Below are positions 22,498 to 31,967 of a DNA stretch of 64,000 bases, piece after piece. Source of the DNA: Candidatus Cloacimonadota bacterium. Lineage in GTDB: Bacteria; Cloacimonadota; Cloacimonadia; Cloacimonadales; TCS61. Both the position numbers and the translations under genes were made by a program. A model generated the notes under the pieces. It saw nothing but the letters and a program-made list of their open reading frames with translations. It was not told where the DNA came from and ran no database searches. The DNA lies in contig JAGGWK010000060.1 of NCBI GenBank assembly GCA_021157525.1, positions 11,293-75,292 of the forward strand, in the 5' to 3' direction. Each line of letters opens with the position of its first letter. The first letter of the stretch is position 1.

Positions 22498-23493
22498 ATG
22501 AGAAGAAAAATTGCCTGCACCGGCATCAAACCCACCGGTGTCCCTCATATTGGAAATTATTTTGGCATGTACAAACCAGCTCTGGAGCTGGCAAAAGAGT
22601 ATGACACCCGCTATTTCATCGCCGATTATCATGCGCTGAATTCGGTAAAAGACCCTGCCGTGCTCAAGAAAAATATCTACGAAGTCACCGCCACATGGCT
22701 TGCCTGCGGGCTTGATCCCGAGACGCAGATTATCTACAAACAATCTGATGTGCCCTGGACCTTTGAGCTTTCTACCATGCTCATGGCCTTTACTCCCAAA
22801 GGCCTGATGAATCGGGCTCATGCCTACAAAGCCATGGTGCAAGCCAATACCGAAAACGGTAAAGACCCCGATAATGGCGTGAATGTGGGACTTTTTACCT
22901 ACCCCATCCTCATGGCTGCCGACATCCTGCAATTTGATTCTGACGTGGTGCCGGTGGGGAAAGATCAGGTTCAGCACCTGGAAATGGCCGTGGACATCGC
23001 GGAGGCCATCAACCGCAACTATGGCAAGGAGCTTCTCACCATCCCCAAAGGCGTAGTCCGCAAGGAGACAGGCCTGGTTATCGGGATGGATGGGCGCAAA
23101 ATGAGCAAAAGTTACAACAACACGATTCCCCTCTTTTTGCCTGCCAGGAAATTGCGTAAGCTGGTGATGAAAATCGTCACCAATTCCCAAACCATAGATG
23201 AGCCCAAAAACCCTGATGAATGTAATGTGTTTACCCTGTACAAACTCTTCGCAAATGAAGAGCAACAGGAAGCCCTCCGACGACGGTACCTGGCTGGTGG
23301 CATGGGCTGGGGAACTGCCAAGCAGGAATTGTTTGAGGTAATGGACGCCTATCTGGCACCAATGCGCCAAAAGTATGAAGCCCTCATGGCAGACACCGCC
23401 TATATGGAAACCGTTTTGCGCCAAGGTGCTGAAAAAGCAGCAGCTATCGTTTCTGAAAAAATGACGTTTTTACGAGCTCACATGGGTATGTAA
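22498..23493 (+). CDS. trpS: tryptophan--tRNA ligase
   Basis: 331 aa; HIGH-like GVPHIGNY and KMSKS motifs. Confidence 0.9.
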   Translation: MRRKIACTGIKPTGVPHIGNYFGMYKPALELAKEYDTRYFIADYHALNSVKDPAVLKKNIYEVTATWLACGLDPETQIIYKQSDVPWTFELSTMLMAFTPKGLMNRAHAYKAMVQANTENGKDPDNGVNVGLFTYPILMAADILQFDSDVVPVGKDQVQHLEMAVDIAEAINRNYGKELLTIPKGVVRKETGLVIGMDGRKMSKSYNNTIPLFLPARKLRKLVMKIVTNSQTIDEPKNPDECNVFTLYKLFANEEQQEALRRRYLAGGMGWGTAKQELFEVMDAYLAPMRQKYEALMADTAYMETVLRQGAEKAAAIVSEKMTFLRAHMGM

Positions 23494-23580
23494 GAAATTT
23501 TAAGAGCAATCGGGAAATAATATTTGACACTAAAACCGGAGCTCAATAATTGTGCTTTGATATTAAGAAAAGGAGAGTAA

Positions 23581-23937
23581 ATGTATACTCTATTAATGAT
23601 ATTGTTTGTGATCGTTTGTGTCGCATTGATAGGTGTGATTCTGGCTCAGTCCAGTAAAGGTGGTGGTCTTGAAGGTATCGTTGGCAACACAGCATCCGGC
23701 CTTCTTGGTGGTCAAGGAGCTTCATCATTTTTGAAAAACGCAACACGGGTTTTGGCTATTATTTTTGTGATACTGTGCATCCTCTTGGCATTTCAGAAGC
23801 CGGGAGGCCCCAAAAGCTCTTCCAATAAAGCTGTGAAAGCATTGCAAAAAGAAGCAGCTCAAGAACAGACTCAGGAATTGCCTCCTATGCCGGCAAATGA
23901 AAATCCTGCACCGGCTGCCGAAGGCACAACAGAATAA
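23581..23937 (+). CDS. secG: preprotein translocase subunit SecG
   Basis: 118 aa, two TM helices with glycine-rich loop LGGQGAS typical of SecG; followed by tRNA-Leu as in E. coli secG-leuU. Confidence 0.8.
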   Translation: MYTLLMILFVIVCVALIGVILAQSSKGGGLEGIVGNTASGLLGGQGASSFLKNATRVLAIIFVILCILLAFQKPGGPKSSSNKAVKALQKEAAQEQTQELPPMPANENPAPAAEGTTE

Positions 23938-23945
23938 AAAAATTA

Positions 23946-24033
23946 GCAGAAGTGGTGGAATTGGCAGACACGCAAGACTAAGGATCTTGTGCCCCTATCG
24001 GGTGTGCGGGTTCAAGTCCCGCCTTCTGTACCA
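23946..24033 (+). tRNA. tRNA-Leu (leuU-like; anticodon read as AAG)
   Basis: 88 nt, long variable arm, D-arm GTGGTGGAATTGGCAGACAC, T-arm GCGGGTTCAAGTCCCGC, G1-U72, encoded CCA; anticodon loop CTAAGGA. Confidence 0.8.
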
Positions 24034-24040
24034 TACTAAA

Positions 24041-24064
24041 GCGACTCTTCGGAGTCGTTTTTTT
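24041..24064 (+). terminator. rho-independent terminator after tRNA-Leu
   Basis: hairpin GCGACTC-TTCG-GAGTCG followed by TTTTTTT. Confidence 0.7.
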
Positions 24065-24212
24065 GTACCTGCACCGGTATCCGGTTTTACAAAACTTACG
24101 TTTCACGATGTTTTGAACTTTTTATCAAATCTTTCAATATTATGCTTGACATCAATATCCCTTTCCTATTTTTGAATATGGTAAAAAAGGTTCAAAATAA
24201 AAGGAGTAACCT

Positions 24213-24782
24213 ATGGGGCGTAAAGAAGAGATTATTGCTGCCGCAGAAAAAGTGTTCATCAAGTACGGGCTGGAGAAAATAACCCTTGATGATATTGCTT
24301 TCGAGTGCGGCATCAAAAAGACCGCTCTCTACTACTATTTCAAAAACAAAGATGAGATATTGAGCGCCATGATTAAAACGAAGGCTATGGCCATCTCCGA
24401 CCACATTCGTAGTAAAGTAATGGAATGTGACAACGTAAGGGATAGACTGCGTACATTTATGCGATCCAAGATTTCCATCATGCAGGAAAACATGCGTTTT
24501 ATGAAACTTTTTGAACGGGAAGGTCTCCCTAAAAGAGCCATGGAGTTTCTCAACAAGGTTGAACGCTCGATGACAGATTCCGATTTTTCCCTGGTAAAGG
24601 AAGTAATCAGCCAAGGAATCAAAAACAATCGTATCTCCTACCAGATGAGCGACTCCCTGGTACTGATGATCCTTGGCGTGGCCTACGGCTCCTTCATAGG
24701 GAAGCACTACAACAAATGCAATTGGAATACCGATGCCATGATCGAAACTGCAATTGATGTCATTTTTAGAGGAATAGAATAG
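24213..24782 (+). CDS. TetR/AcrR family transcriptional regulator
   Basis: 189 aa; N-terminal HTH ITLDDIAFECGIKKTALYYYFKNKDEI. Confidence 0.85.
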   Translation: MGRKEEIIAAAEKVFIKYGLEKITLDDIAFECGIKKTALYYYFKNKDEILSAMIKTKAMAISDHIRSKVMECDNVRDRLRTFMRSKISIMQENMRFMKLFEREGLPKRAMEFLNKVERSMTDSDFSLVKEVISQGIKNNRISYQMSDSLVLMILGVAYGSFIGKHYNKCNWNTDAMIETAIDVIFRGIE

Positions 24783-24794
24783 GGATGTTAATCC

Positions 24795-25040
24795 ATGAAA
24801 AAACAAATCCCTCTGTTCTTCGTGCTGATAGGCAGCCTTGTGCTGGGAGCTCAGGTAGAGCTAACCCTTCATCAGAGCATGGAACTGGTTCAAAAGAACA
24901 ACAAAACCCTGCAAAAAGCCCGTGAAGAGGTGAGCAAATACCGTGAGGAATACAACAACGTCCGGGGCAATCTGCTGCCTGATGTTTCTCTGGAAGCAGG
25001 CTGTCAGTTCAGCAAAATCTGGATGCCGGATGCCCTCTGA
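24795..25040 (+). pseudogene. N-terminal fragment of a TolC-like outer membrane efflux protein
   Basis: 81 aa: signal peptide + LTLHQSMELVQKNNKTLQKAREEV...GNLLPDVSLEAG matches the TolC/OprM N-terminus, then premature stop; full-length would be about 450 aa. Confidence 0.6.
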
Positions 25041-25128
25041 AACCACCGAAGAAACACTTCTGGAAGCAAGTCCTACCAGGCTCAAGCCCATTCTTATCAG
25101 TAGCATAGCCATCAAGGAACGGGTTTAA
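24943..25128 (+). pseudogene. C-terminal remnant of an RND (AcrB-like) transporter
   Basis: last about 25 aa TLLEASPTRLKPILISSIAI resemble AcrB TLEAVRMRLRPILMTSLAF; different frame from TolC fragment. Confidence 0.4.
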
Positions 25129-25182
25129 CATAGAGATGATGGCACAAGTCCTTCCGCTTTTCCCCAAAGGGAATCAGAGAAA

Positions 25183-25665
25183 ATGAAAATCAAAAGGATC
25201 ATATCCATCAATGCTATTTTACTTCTGGTGGTTTGTGTACAGGCTCAGGAGCCAACACCCGAAAATCCTCTGGAAAAAATCAGGGTAAATCACCCGGCCA
25301 CACACCATACCGGGATTTCTATCTCTCCCGCATCAGGGGTATGGCAGGATGCACCTACGTCCAGCCCTTCAGCCTATCACACCCGAGCGCTGTGTGAGGC
25401 GGGTGGATTTATCGCCGGATTGTGGAGTTACGATCGTTACGTAACCAAACAGCCTTGGGCGATGATAGGAACAAACAGCATCAAAGCAAATTTCCAGCAT
25501 GGCTTTGAGTGGGATCGGGGAGAATTTGGCATGAATCAGATTTTACACCCCTATAGCTACGGCTTAAGTTATACCTGTTATCACCGTAACGGCCAATATC
25601 ATAACCATCCCGATATCAAAAGTTTCAGCGATATGCTGAGAACCTATATAAAGGTAACCATCTGA
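25183..25665 (+). CDS. hypothetical secreted protein
   Basis: 160 aa, signal peptide, aromatic/His-rich; no confident domain. Confidence 0.45.
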   Translation: MKIKRIISINAILLLVVCVQAQEPTPENPLEKIRVNHPATHHTGISISPASGVWQDAPTSSPSAYHTRALCEAGGFIAGLWSYDRYVTKQPWAMIGTNSIKANFQHGFEWDRGEFGMNQILHPYSYGLSYTCYHRNGQYHNHPDIKSFSDMLRTYIKVTI

Positions 25666-25782
25666 TGCAGCGGTACAGTACTCATTATTGTCTTACACGA
25701 CCGAATAAATATGTTCCCCTTCTCAGTTGTTGTGCGCTTTTGTGTGAATCTACGTGGTACACATCTACTAAAGAGTGTTAGT

Positions 25783-26643
25783 ATGAAAAATAAAAACATC
25801 ATTTCCATCGAGTCTCAAGCAAGCTTGCAGCTGTTTGAGACATATAAGGATATAGCTACTGCCGAGTTCCGTGGCAGGATGCATCCTCTTCTGGCCACAA
25901 AGATAAAAAAACAGGGATTCAAGGCTCTATTTCATCAGGATATCACCATCAACCTGCGCAAAACGAAGCGCAATGTGGTGATGGATATTTCATTGCCCGA
26001 AGATGATCAACTGGCAGGACAGCACATGACAGTCAAGCACAACGAAATGAATCTCTTTCGTCAGCTGGAATCACTGGTGAAAACCACCAAGGCAAAACGC
26101 GCCTGGCAGGCAGCTCTCAAACTGATTGATCTGGGTCTGCATACCCCCTTGCCCTTGGGATATTTAGAGCGCTTCAAGGGACCTTTAATTCACAAAACCG
26201 CCTATTTCACCAAAACCATTGAACAGGGTCAGAGTGTGAAAACATGGTTTTGGGATGAACAGCGCAACGAAGCAGAACAGCAGCAAATGATTGCGGCGGT
26301 GGCAGCCTATAGCCGGCGGATGCATGACAACGGAATTACCCATAATGATCTGCATCTCTCTAACTTTATGGTAAGCCCTACTGATGAAGGATTGCAGCTC
26401 AGCTGCATTGACCTCAATCGGTGCCGATACCACCGACGCCTGACTCTGTGGCAACGTTGTCTGGATCTCAGCCGCTTTTCCTGGAGAGGCTATCTCCCGC
26501 AATTCCTTGATGCTTACTGTGGTTCTGATTTCTCCCTTGATGGCTGGTGGTGGGTAGCTCGCTGGTCACGGAAACTACGGAAAAAACGGCGTCAACTGAA
26601 GAGAGTTTCTAATAGGCTGAATAACTGCATGCATCCAGCTTGA
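25783..26643 (+). CDS. lipopolysaccharide kinase (Kdo/WaaP/InaA) family protein
   Basis: kinase catalytic loop ITHNDLHLSNFMV and CIDLNR; start chosen at ATG 25783. Confidence 0.55.
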   Translation: MKNKNIISIESQASLQLFETYKDIATAEFRGRMHPLLATKIKKQGFKALFHQDITINLRKTKRNVVMDISLPEDDQLAGQHMTVKHNEMNLFRQLESLVKTTKAKRAWQAALKLIDLGLHTPLPLGYLERFKGPLIHKTAYFTKTIEQGQSVKTWFWDEQRNEAEQQQMIAAVAAYSRRMHDNGITHNDLHLSNFMVSPTDEGLQLSCIDLNRCRYHRRLTLWQRCLDLSRFSWRGYLPQFLDAYCGSDFSLDGWWWVARWSRKLRKKRRQLKRVSNRLNNCMHPA

Positions 26644-26730
26644 AGATGTGGTAAGCACAAAAGCCAAATCCCGATTGACATGAATTCCCCGGCAAGAAAC
26701 ATGACGGGCAATGAATATTCAGAGGTAATA

Positions 26731-27555
26731 ATGCAAAGTGATTTGATACAGATGGCATTGCAAGAGGATTTAGGCACTGAGGGAGACGTTACTTCCGATG
26801 CCATCTTTTGTGATGAAGTGGCAGAATATTGGCTGATAGCCAAAGACGAAGGTGTCCTTTGCGGAATGGATGTAGTGCGGGAAGTGTTACACAGGGTTGA
26901 CCCTGACATCGCGCTGGACACCACCTATACCGACGGGGACAAGGTATTTCCCGGTGATGAAGTAGCCAAAATAAGTGGCCCCACCAAACAGATTTTGTGC
27001 GCTGAGCGCACCCTCCTCAATTTCCTTTCCCATCTCAGCGGCATCGCCACCAGTACCGCCCGTTTTGTAGAAGCGGCAAAGGGTAAAGTAAAAATTCTGG
27101 ACACCCGCAAAACCCTTCCGGGCTGGCGAAAACTGCAAAAATACGCAGTGAAATGCGGCGGCGGAACCAATCACCGCATGGGGCTGTACGACATGGTTCT
27201 CATCAAAGACAACCATGTGGACGAAGCCGGAGGCGTAACCGAAGCCGTCCAGCGTGTACGGGATGCATGGGGTAACCGCTTCAGTATTGAAGTAGAGACC
27301 CGCACCCTCAAGGAAGTGATCGAAGCCGTGGAATCCGGTGCCGATATCATCATGTTGGATAATATGGACAACAGCACCATGCATAAGGCGGTGGAGGTTA
27401 TCGATGGACGGGCCGAGACCGAAGCCAGCGGCAATATGAGCGTTGAGCGAGTAGCTGGCGTTGCCGCCACCGGCGTCGATTTCATCTCGGTAGGCGCACT
27501 TACCCACAGCGTGATAGCTCTGGATTTCAGTTTGAAAAAGCGGGAGCAGATATGA
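26731..27555 (+). CDS. nadC: nicotinate-nucleotide diphosphorylase (quinolinate phosphoribosyltransferase)
   Basis: CAERTLLN, LDTRKTLPGWR, KDNH, MLDN motifs; start at ATG 26731 after AGAGG. Confidence 0.85.
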   Translation: MQSDLIQMALQEDLGTEGDVTSDAIFCDEVAEYWLIAKDEGVLCGMDVVREVLHRVDPDIALDTTYTDGDKVFPGDEVAKISGPTKQILCAERTLLNFLSHLSGIATSTARFVEAAKGKVKILDTRKTLPGWRKLQKYAVKCGGGTNHRMGLYDMVLIKDNHVDEAGGVTEAVQRVRDAWGNRFSIEVETRTLKEVIEAVESGADIIMLDNMDNSTMHKAVEVIDGRAETEASGNMSVERVAGVAATGVDFISVGALTHSVIALDFSLKKREQI

Positions 27556-28589
27556 CAAACCTCGAGAAAATTTCCTCCATAAAAAAAACATTGGGTAGCA
27601 AACTCACCATTCCGGCTCATCATTATGAGACTGATGACATCGTTGCATGCGCCGATTTTGTGGGAGATTCCTATAAACTGGCAGTGGATTGTTCTCACAC
27701 CGATGCCCAATACATCGTTTTTTGCGGCGTACGGTTTATGGCCGAAAGCGCTGCCATCCTGGCCAAACCAGGCCAGAAAGTTCTGCATCCGGAACCTGGC
27801 TCCGGCTGTCCTATGGCAGATATGATCACCGCAGAGCAGGCTCACGCGGCACTGAAATTGGCCGCCACAAGAACATCCAGGGAAATCATTCCCGTGGTTT
27901 ACATGAACTCCTATGCCGACACCAAGGCCTTTGCCGGTGAGCATGGCGGCGCAGTGTGCACCAGCAGCAATGCGGCAAAAATCGTGCAGCATTTTCTGGA
28001 TGCCGGTAAAGCTGTGCTTTTTGCACCGGATTACAATCTGGGGATAAACACTGCCGATCTGCTGGGCATTGGCGCTCAAACCATTAAAATCACCCGGGAT
28101 ATTCAGCTGGAGAGCATAGCCGATGATCCTCGCATGTTTTTATGGGATGGATTTTGTCATGTGCACAAAGAGTTTTCATTGGCACAGATCAGCCGGCAGC
28201 GGGCTTCCGATGCAAAGATGCAGGTGATCGTGCATCCCGAATGCAATCGTGAGGTGGTGCAAACAGCCGACATCAGCGGATCAACATCCCAGATTTACGC
28301 CGCCATCGCACAATCCCCCGCAGGAAGCAGCTGGGCGGTGGGAACCGAATATCAGTTTGTAAACCGCATGGCAGAGAAATTCCCTGAAAAGACCATCGTT
28401 CCCATTACCACATCCATCTGTGTTGAGATGAGCAAAATTGATCAGGAAAAACTTCTGCTGTCTCTGGAATCCATAACCAACCATGAGGAATCCGGAAGTC
28501 CATTGCTTCATGAAGTGATTGTGCCGCACCATTTGAGGGATCATGCCCGGATGGCATTGAATCGAATGCTTGCCATAATGGAGAATTGA
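27552..28589 (+). CDS. nadA: quinolinate synthase
   Basis: 345 aa; three-fold repeat with conserved Cys; ATGA overlap with nadC. Confidence 0.85.
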   Translation: MTNLEKISSIKKTLGSKLTIPAHHYETDDIVACADFVGDSYKLAVDCSHTDAQYIVFCGVRFMAESAAILAKPGQKVLHPEPGSGCPMADMITAEQAHAALKLAATRTSREIIPVVYMNSYADTKAFAGEHGGAVCTSSNAAKIVQHFLDAGKAVLFAPDYNLGINTADLLGIGAQTIKITRDIQLESIADDPRMFLWDGFCHVHKEFSLAQISRQRASDAKMQVIVHPECNREVVQTADISGSTSQIYAAIAQSPAGSSWAVGTEYQFVNRMAEKFPEKTIVPITTSICVEMSKIDQEKLLLSLESITNHEESGSPLLHEVIVPHHLRDHARMALNRMLAIMEN

Positions 28590-28590
28590 G

Positions 28591-30159
28591 ATGCGTAGAA
28601 AATTTGATGTCGTCATTATCGGGACGGGAATCGCCGGATTAACCGCCGGCATTTTTTTGCATAAGGCAGGACGTAATGTAGCGATAATCACCAAAGAAGA
28701 TGACATCGCTGCCACTGCCACCAACCTTGCACAGGGCGGAATAATCGCCTGGCAGCCCAACGACTCGGCCCAAATCCTGGCCGATGACCTCATAAAGGCC
28801 GGGTGCGGTGTGAATAACCGGCAGGCGGTGGAACAATTGGCACGTGAAGGGCCGCAACTGGTTTTTGATTTTCTCATCGATGAAGTAGGATTGCAGTTCA
28901 GCACAGCTGATGACGGCTCTCTGGATTACACCGAAGAAGCTGCCCATGCTGTCCGACGCATCCTGCACTACCACGATTTCACCGGCGACCGCATCCAGCA
29001 TAGTTTGATGGATTATGCCAGAAGCATCGGACTTTCCATCCTGAGTGGTCGCACCAGCATAGACCTTATCACAAACATCCACCATTCTCAAGACTCCCAG
29101 GAGATTTACCGACCCCGGGAAGTGATGGGCGTGTATGTGCTCAACAATAACACCAAAAAGATCGATACTTTTTTAGCATATGACGTAATCTTGGCCACCG
29201 GGGGCGTAGGCAACCTGTATCAGCACACCACAAATCCGTCGGGAGCTACGGGGGACGGCATGAGCATGGCCCATCAGGCTGGTGCCGAAATCATCAATGC
29301 CGAGTACATTCAGTTTCACCCCACAGCCCTGTATCATCGGGATATAAAGCGCTTTTTGATATCGGAATCCTTGCGCGGTGAGGGAGCAATTTTGCTGAAT
29401 CATACTGGGGAAGCCTTTATGAAAAGGTATGCATCCAAACGGGAATTGGCGCCTCGTGATGTGGTTGCCAGAGCCATCTACGAAGAGATGGCTAAAACGG
29501 GAAAAGAGTATCTTTATCTGGATGCAGCGAATCATTACAAGGGAGCAAAGCCGTTGAAAGACCGGTTTTCCAAGATCTACGCCACATGTCTGGAAGGGGG
29601 TATTGATATCACCAGAGATCCCATCCCCATCGTGCCGGCAGCCCACTATTTTTGCGGTGGCATCAAGGTCGATCTGGATGGGCGTTCCACCCTGAAAAAT
29701 CTCTATGCTGTCGGTGAGACCAGTTGTACCGGACTGCACGGGGCAAATCGTCTGGCATCATCATCACTGCTGGAAGGCTTATTGTGGGGTAAGCGCTCTG
29801 CAATGGCTATAATCAAGGAAGATACAAAGATCTCCGCAGCCCGATTCAGCGCCATCCCAAACTGGCAGCCCCCAGAGCACACCGAGATTTTCGATCCCAT
29901 TCTATTTGTGCAGGATTGGAGTATTATTCAACAAACCATGTGGAATTATGCCGGGATCATTCGCACCCAAAAGGGATTGGAACGAGCCCGTGCGGATATC
30001 AATTATCACTCCCATCGTATTTTCAAATTTTATCAAGAGGCACAGCTGTCCAAAGAGATTATCGAATTGCGCAATGGCATCGTGAATGCGTCTATAATAG
30101 TACATGCTGCACAGCACAATAATAAATCCTTAGGCTGCCACTTTGTTGCATCCAAATAA
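28591..30159 (+). CDS. nadB: L-aspartate oxidase
   Basis: FAD-binding N-terminus DVVIIGTGIAGL, succinate dehydrogenase/fumarate reductase flavoprotein fold, 522 aa; completes nadCAB operon. Confidence 0.85.
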   Translation: MRRKFDVVIIGTGIAGLTAGIFLHKAGRNVAIITKEDDIAATATNLAQGGIIAWQPNDSAQILADDLIKAGCGVNNRQAVEQLAREGPQLVFDFLIDEVGLQFSTADDGSLDYTEEAAHAVRRILHYHDFTGDRIQHSLMDYARSIGLSILSGRTSIDLITNIHHSQDSQEIYRPREVMGVYVLNNNTKKIDTFLAYDVILATGGVGNLYQHTTNPSGATGDGMSMAHQAGAEIINAEYIQFHPTALYHRDIKRFLISESLRGEGAILLNHTGEAFMKRYASKRELAPRDVVARAIYEEMAKTGKEYLYLDAANHYKGAKPLKDRFSKIYATCLEGGIDITRDPIPIVPAAHYFCGGIKVDLDGRSTLKNLYAVGETSCTGLHGANRLASSSLLEGLLWGKRSAMAIIKEDTKISAARFSAIPNWQPPEHTEIFDPILFVQDWSIIQQTMWNYAGIIRTQKGLERARADINYHSHRIFKFYQEAQLSKEIIELRNGIVNASIIVHAAQHNNKSLGCHFVASK

Positions 30160-30246
30160 AATCATAAAAATCGACGTACAGGATTTACACTCTTTTGCGC
30201 CGGTTTTTTATCATTTTTTACAGATGAGCTCCATCACAATTTTCCC

Positions 30247-30510
30247 CTAGAACCACTCGTTGGTGGGAGCAAACCCAAAACCACGATAAAAAGCTTCAGC
30301 CCTTTCGTTTCCCTCTGCAAGATTCAGAGTGATGCGGTTGCATTGAGGTAATACCGAGAGGTCATCGAGCAATTCCCGAAAGGCGGCGGAACCCAGCCCT
30401 TTGTGTTGGTGGTTTTTATTGATCATCATGGTAAGGATGTCATGATGGTCAGCCCGAGATCCTTTTTCATATACCGGCAGCCCCACTGGGACGTCGTCTT
30501 CTACTGTCAC
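30247..30510 (-). pseudogene. GNAT family N-acetyltransferase fragment (C-terminal two-thirds, GTG start)
   Basis: 87 aa with acetyl-CoA motif HQHKGLGSAAFRELL and C-terminal FYRGFGF; too short for an intact GNAT; upstream N-terminal coding in a different frame with stops. Confidence 0.5.
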
Positions 30511-30613
30511 CAGAGGAATCCGGGTGTTATGAGCATTACAATTGGCAATGGTTGAGCATTTGAAGGGCTAAAAGGTTTTTGGGTATCGGTAACGTCCATC
30601 TTGAGAACATCTG

Positions 30614-30640
30614 CAAAAAAAAGCCGCATCAAATGATGCG
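30614..30640 (-). terminator. rho-independent terminator downstream of tRNA-Gln(CTG)
   Basis: minus strand CCGCATCATTTGATGCGG hairpin + CTTTTTTTTG. Confidence 0.65.
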
Positions 30641-30644
30641 GTAA

Positions 30645-30719
30645 ATGGTTGGGCTAGAAGGAGTTGAACCCTCACATACGGAACCAGAATCCGCTGTACT
30701 ACCATTATACTATAGCCCA
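30645..30719 (-). tRNA. tRNA-Gln (anticodon CTG)
   Basis: 75 nt, U1-A72 pair typical of bacterial tRNA-Gln, anticodon loop TTCTGGT, encoded CCA. Confidence 0.8.
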
Positions 30720-30727
30720 GAGAAACA

Positions 30728-30802
30728 TGGTTGGGCCGGGAGGATTCGAACCCCCGCATACATGGACCAAAACCATGTGTCTTACCACTTGACGACGGCC
30801 CA
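30728..30802 (-). tRNA. tRNA-Gln (anticodon TTG)
   Basis: 75 nt, U1-A72, anticodon loop TTTTGGT, T-arm GGGGGTTCGAATCCTCC, encoded CCA. Confidence 0.8.
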
Positions 30803-30825
30803 ACAAAACTTCTCAAAAATATAGC

Positions 30826-30916
<91 letters not shown>

Positions 30917-30933
30917 AAAATAGCAAAGATCAA

Positions 30934-31019
30934 TGGCGGAGGATGAGGGACTCGAACCCCCAAGGGCATAGCCCGGCGGTTTTCAAGACCGCTGCCTTAC
31001 CAATTAGGACTAATCCTCC
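30934..31019 (-). tRNA. tRNA-Ser (anticodon TGA)
   Basis: 86 nt, long variable arm, anticodon loop CTTGAAA, T-arm GGGGGTTCGAGTCCCTC, encoded CCA. Confidence 0.75.
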
Positions 31020-31074
31020 GTTCAGGCTGGATCAAATAATTTTAGCCGGGTTTGAATGTCAAACAATTTTTCCC

Positions 31075-31959
31075 TTAAAGATACCCAAATTCGTTTAAGG
31101 CGTTCTTCTTCTTACGCCAGTTTTGTTTTATCTTCACCCATACCTCAAGTTTAACCCGTTTGCCCACAATTGAATGTATCTCCTTCTCTGCTGCAAGGCG
31201 CAATTCTTTGATCTTCTTTCCACCAGCCCCCAAAAGAATCGGCTTCTGACTATTGCGTTCCAACCACAGATTCACCGAGATCTCAACTTTGTTGGGAAAC
31301 TCTTTGTATTGCTCACAGGTAACGGTGGATGCATAGGGGATTTCTTCACGATACCGCAGAAATATCTGTTCCCGCACAATCTCCTGCACAAAGAACCGCA
31401 TCGGGAGGTCGGAGATTTCATCGGTAGCATAGTAGGGTTGTGCAAAGGGTAAAAAGGAAGAAATCCGGGTGATGAAAGAATCGGCAGATTCCATGTATAA
31501 AGCCGAGATAGGTATGATTTCGTCGAAGAAAAGCGCTTCCATCTGAGCCATCTTTGCCTTGGTCACTTCCTGACTTACCAGATCCATTTTGTTCAGGATG
31601 GCCAATTTTGGTGCTGAGGAGTGTTTGAGTATCTGGCACACTTGTTCATCATAATCGGTGGGATAGGTGGAGACGTCGGTAATGAAGAGGATAAGATCGG
31701 TATTTTTCAGGGAGCCCTTGATGTATTCCACCATGCGTTCCTGCAGTTCGTATCGGGGCTTAAGAAAGCCGGGAGTATCCAGAAAGATAATCTGAGATTC
31801 CGGGCTGTTATATATTCCCTTCACCTGTTGCCTAGTAGTTTGGGGTTTGGGGGAGATGATGGAGAGTTTTTCCCCCATCAGTCGATTCATAAGTGTTGAT
31901 TTTCCTACGTTTGGCTTGCCCACGATAGAGACAAATCCGCTTCGGAATTGTTTGTTCAT
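31075..31959 (-). CDS. era: GTPase Era
   Basis: 294 aa; G1 GKPNVGKST, G4 NKMD, C-terminal KH domain. Confidence 0.9.
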   Translation of the reverse strand: MNKQFRSGFVSIVGKPNVGKSTLMNRLMGEKLSIISPKPQTTRQQVKGIYNSPESQIIFLDTPGFLKPRYELQERMVEYIKGSLKNTDLILFITDVSTYPTDYDEQVCQILKHSSAPKLAILNKMDLVSQEVTKAKMAQMEALFFDEIIPISALYMESADSFITRISSFLPFAQPYYATDEISDLPMRFFVQEIVREQIFLRYREEIPYASTVTCEQYKEFPNKVEISVNLWLERNSQKPILLGAGGKKIKELRLAAEKEIHSIVGKRVKLEVWVKIKQNWRKKKNALNEFGYL

Positions 31960-31967
31960 GCTTCCTC

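Noticed and set aside
23494-23580. Putative sigma70-like promoter TTGACA(23524)-N17-TAATTG upstream of secG, and TTGACA at 24148 upstream of tetR with flanking TTTTGAA/TTCAAAA inverted repeat
   Set aside because: The -10 elements are weak and promoter consensus for this lineage is unknown. They are not reported as features without transcript data.
24861-25115. 84-aa minus-strand ORF over the TolC/RND remnant junction
   Set aside because: It is antisense to the recognisable efflux-protein fragments and has no motifs. It is likely spurious.
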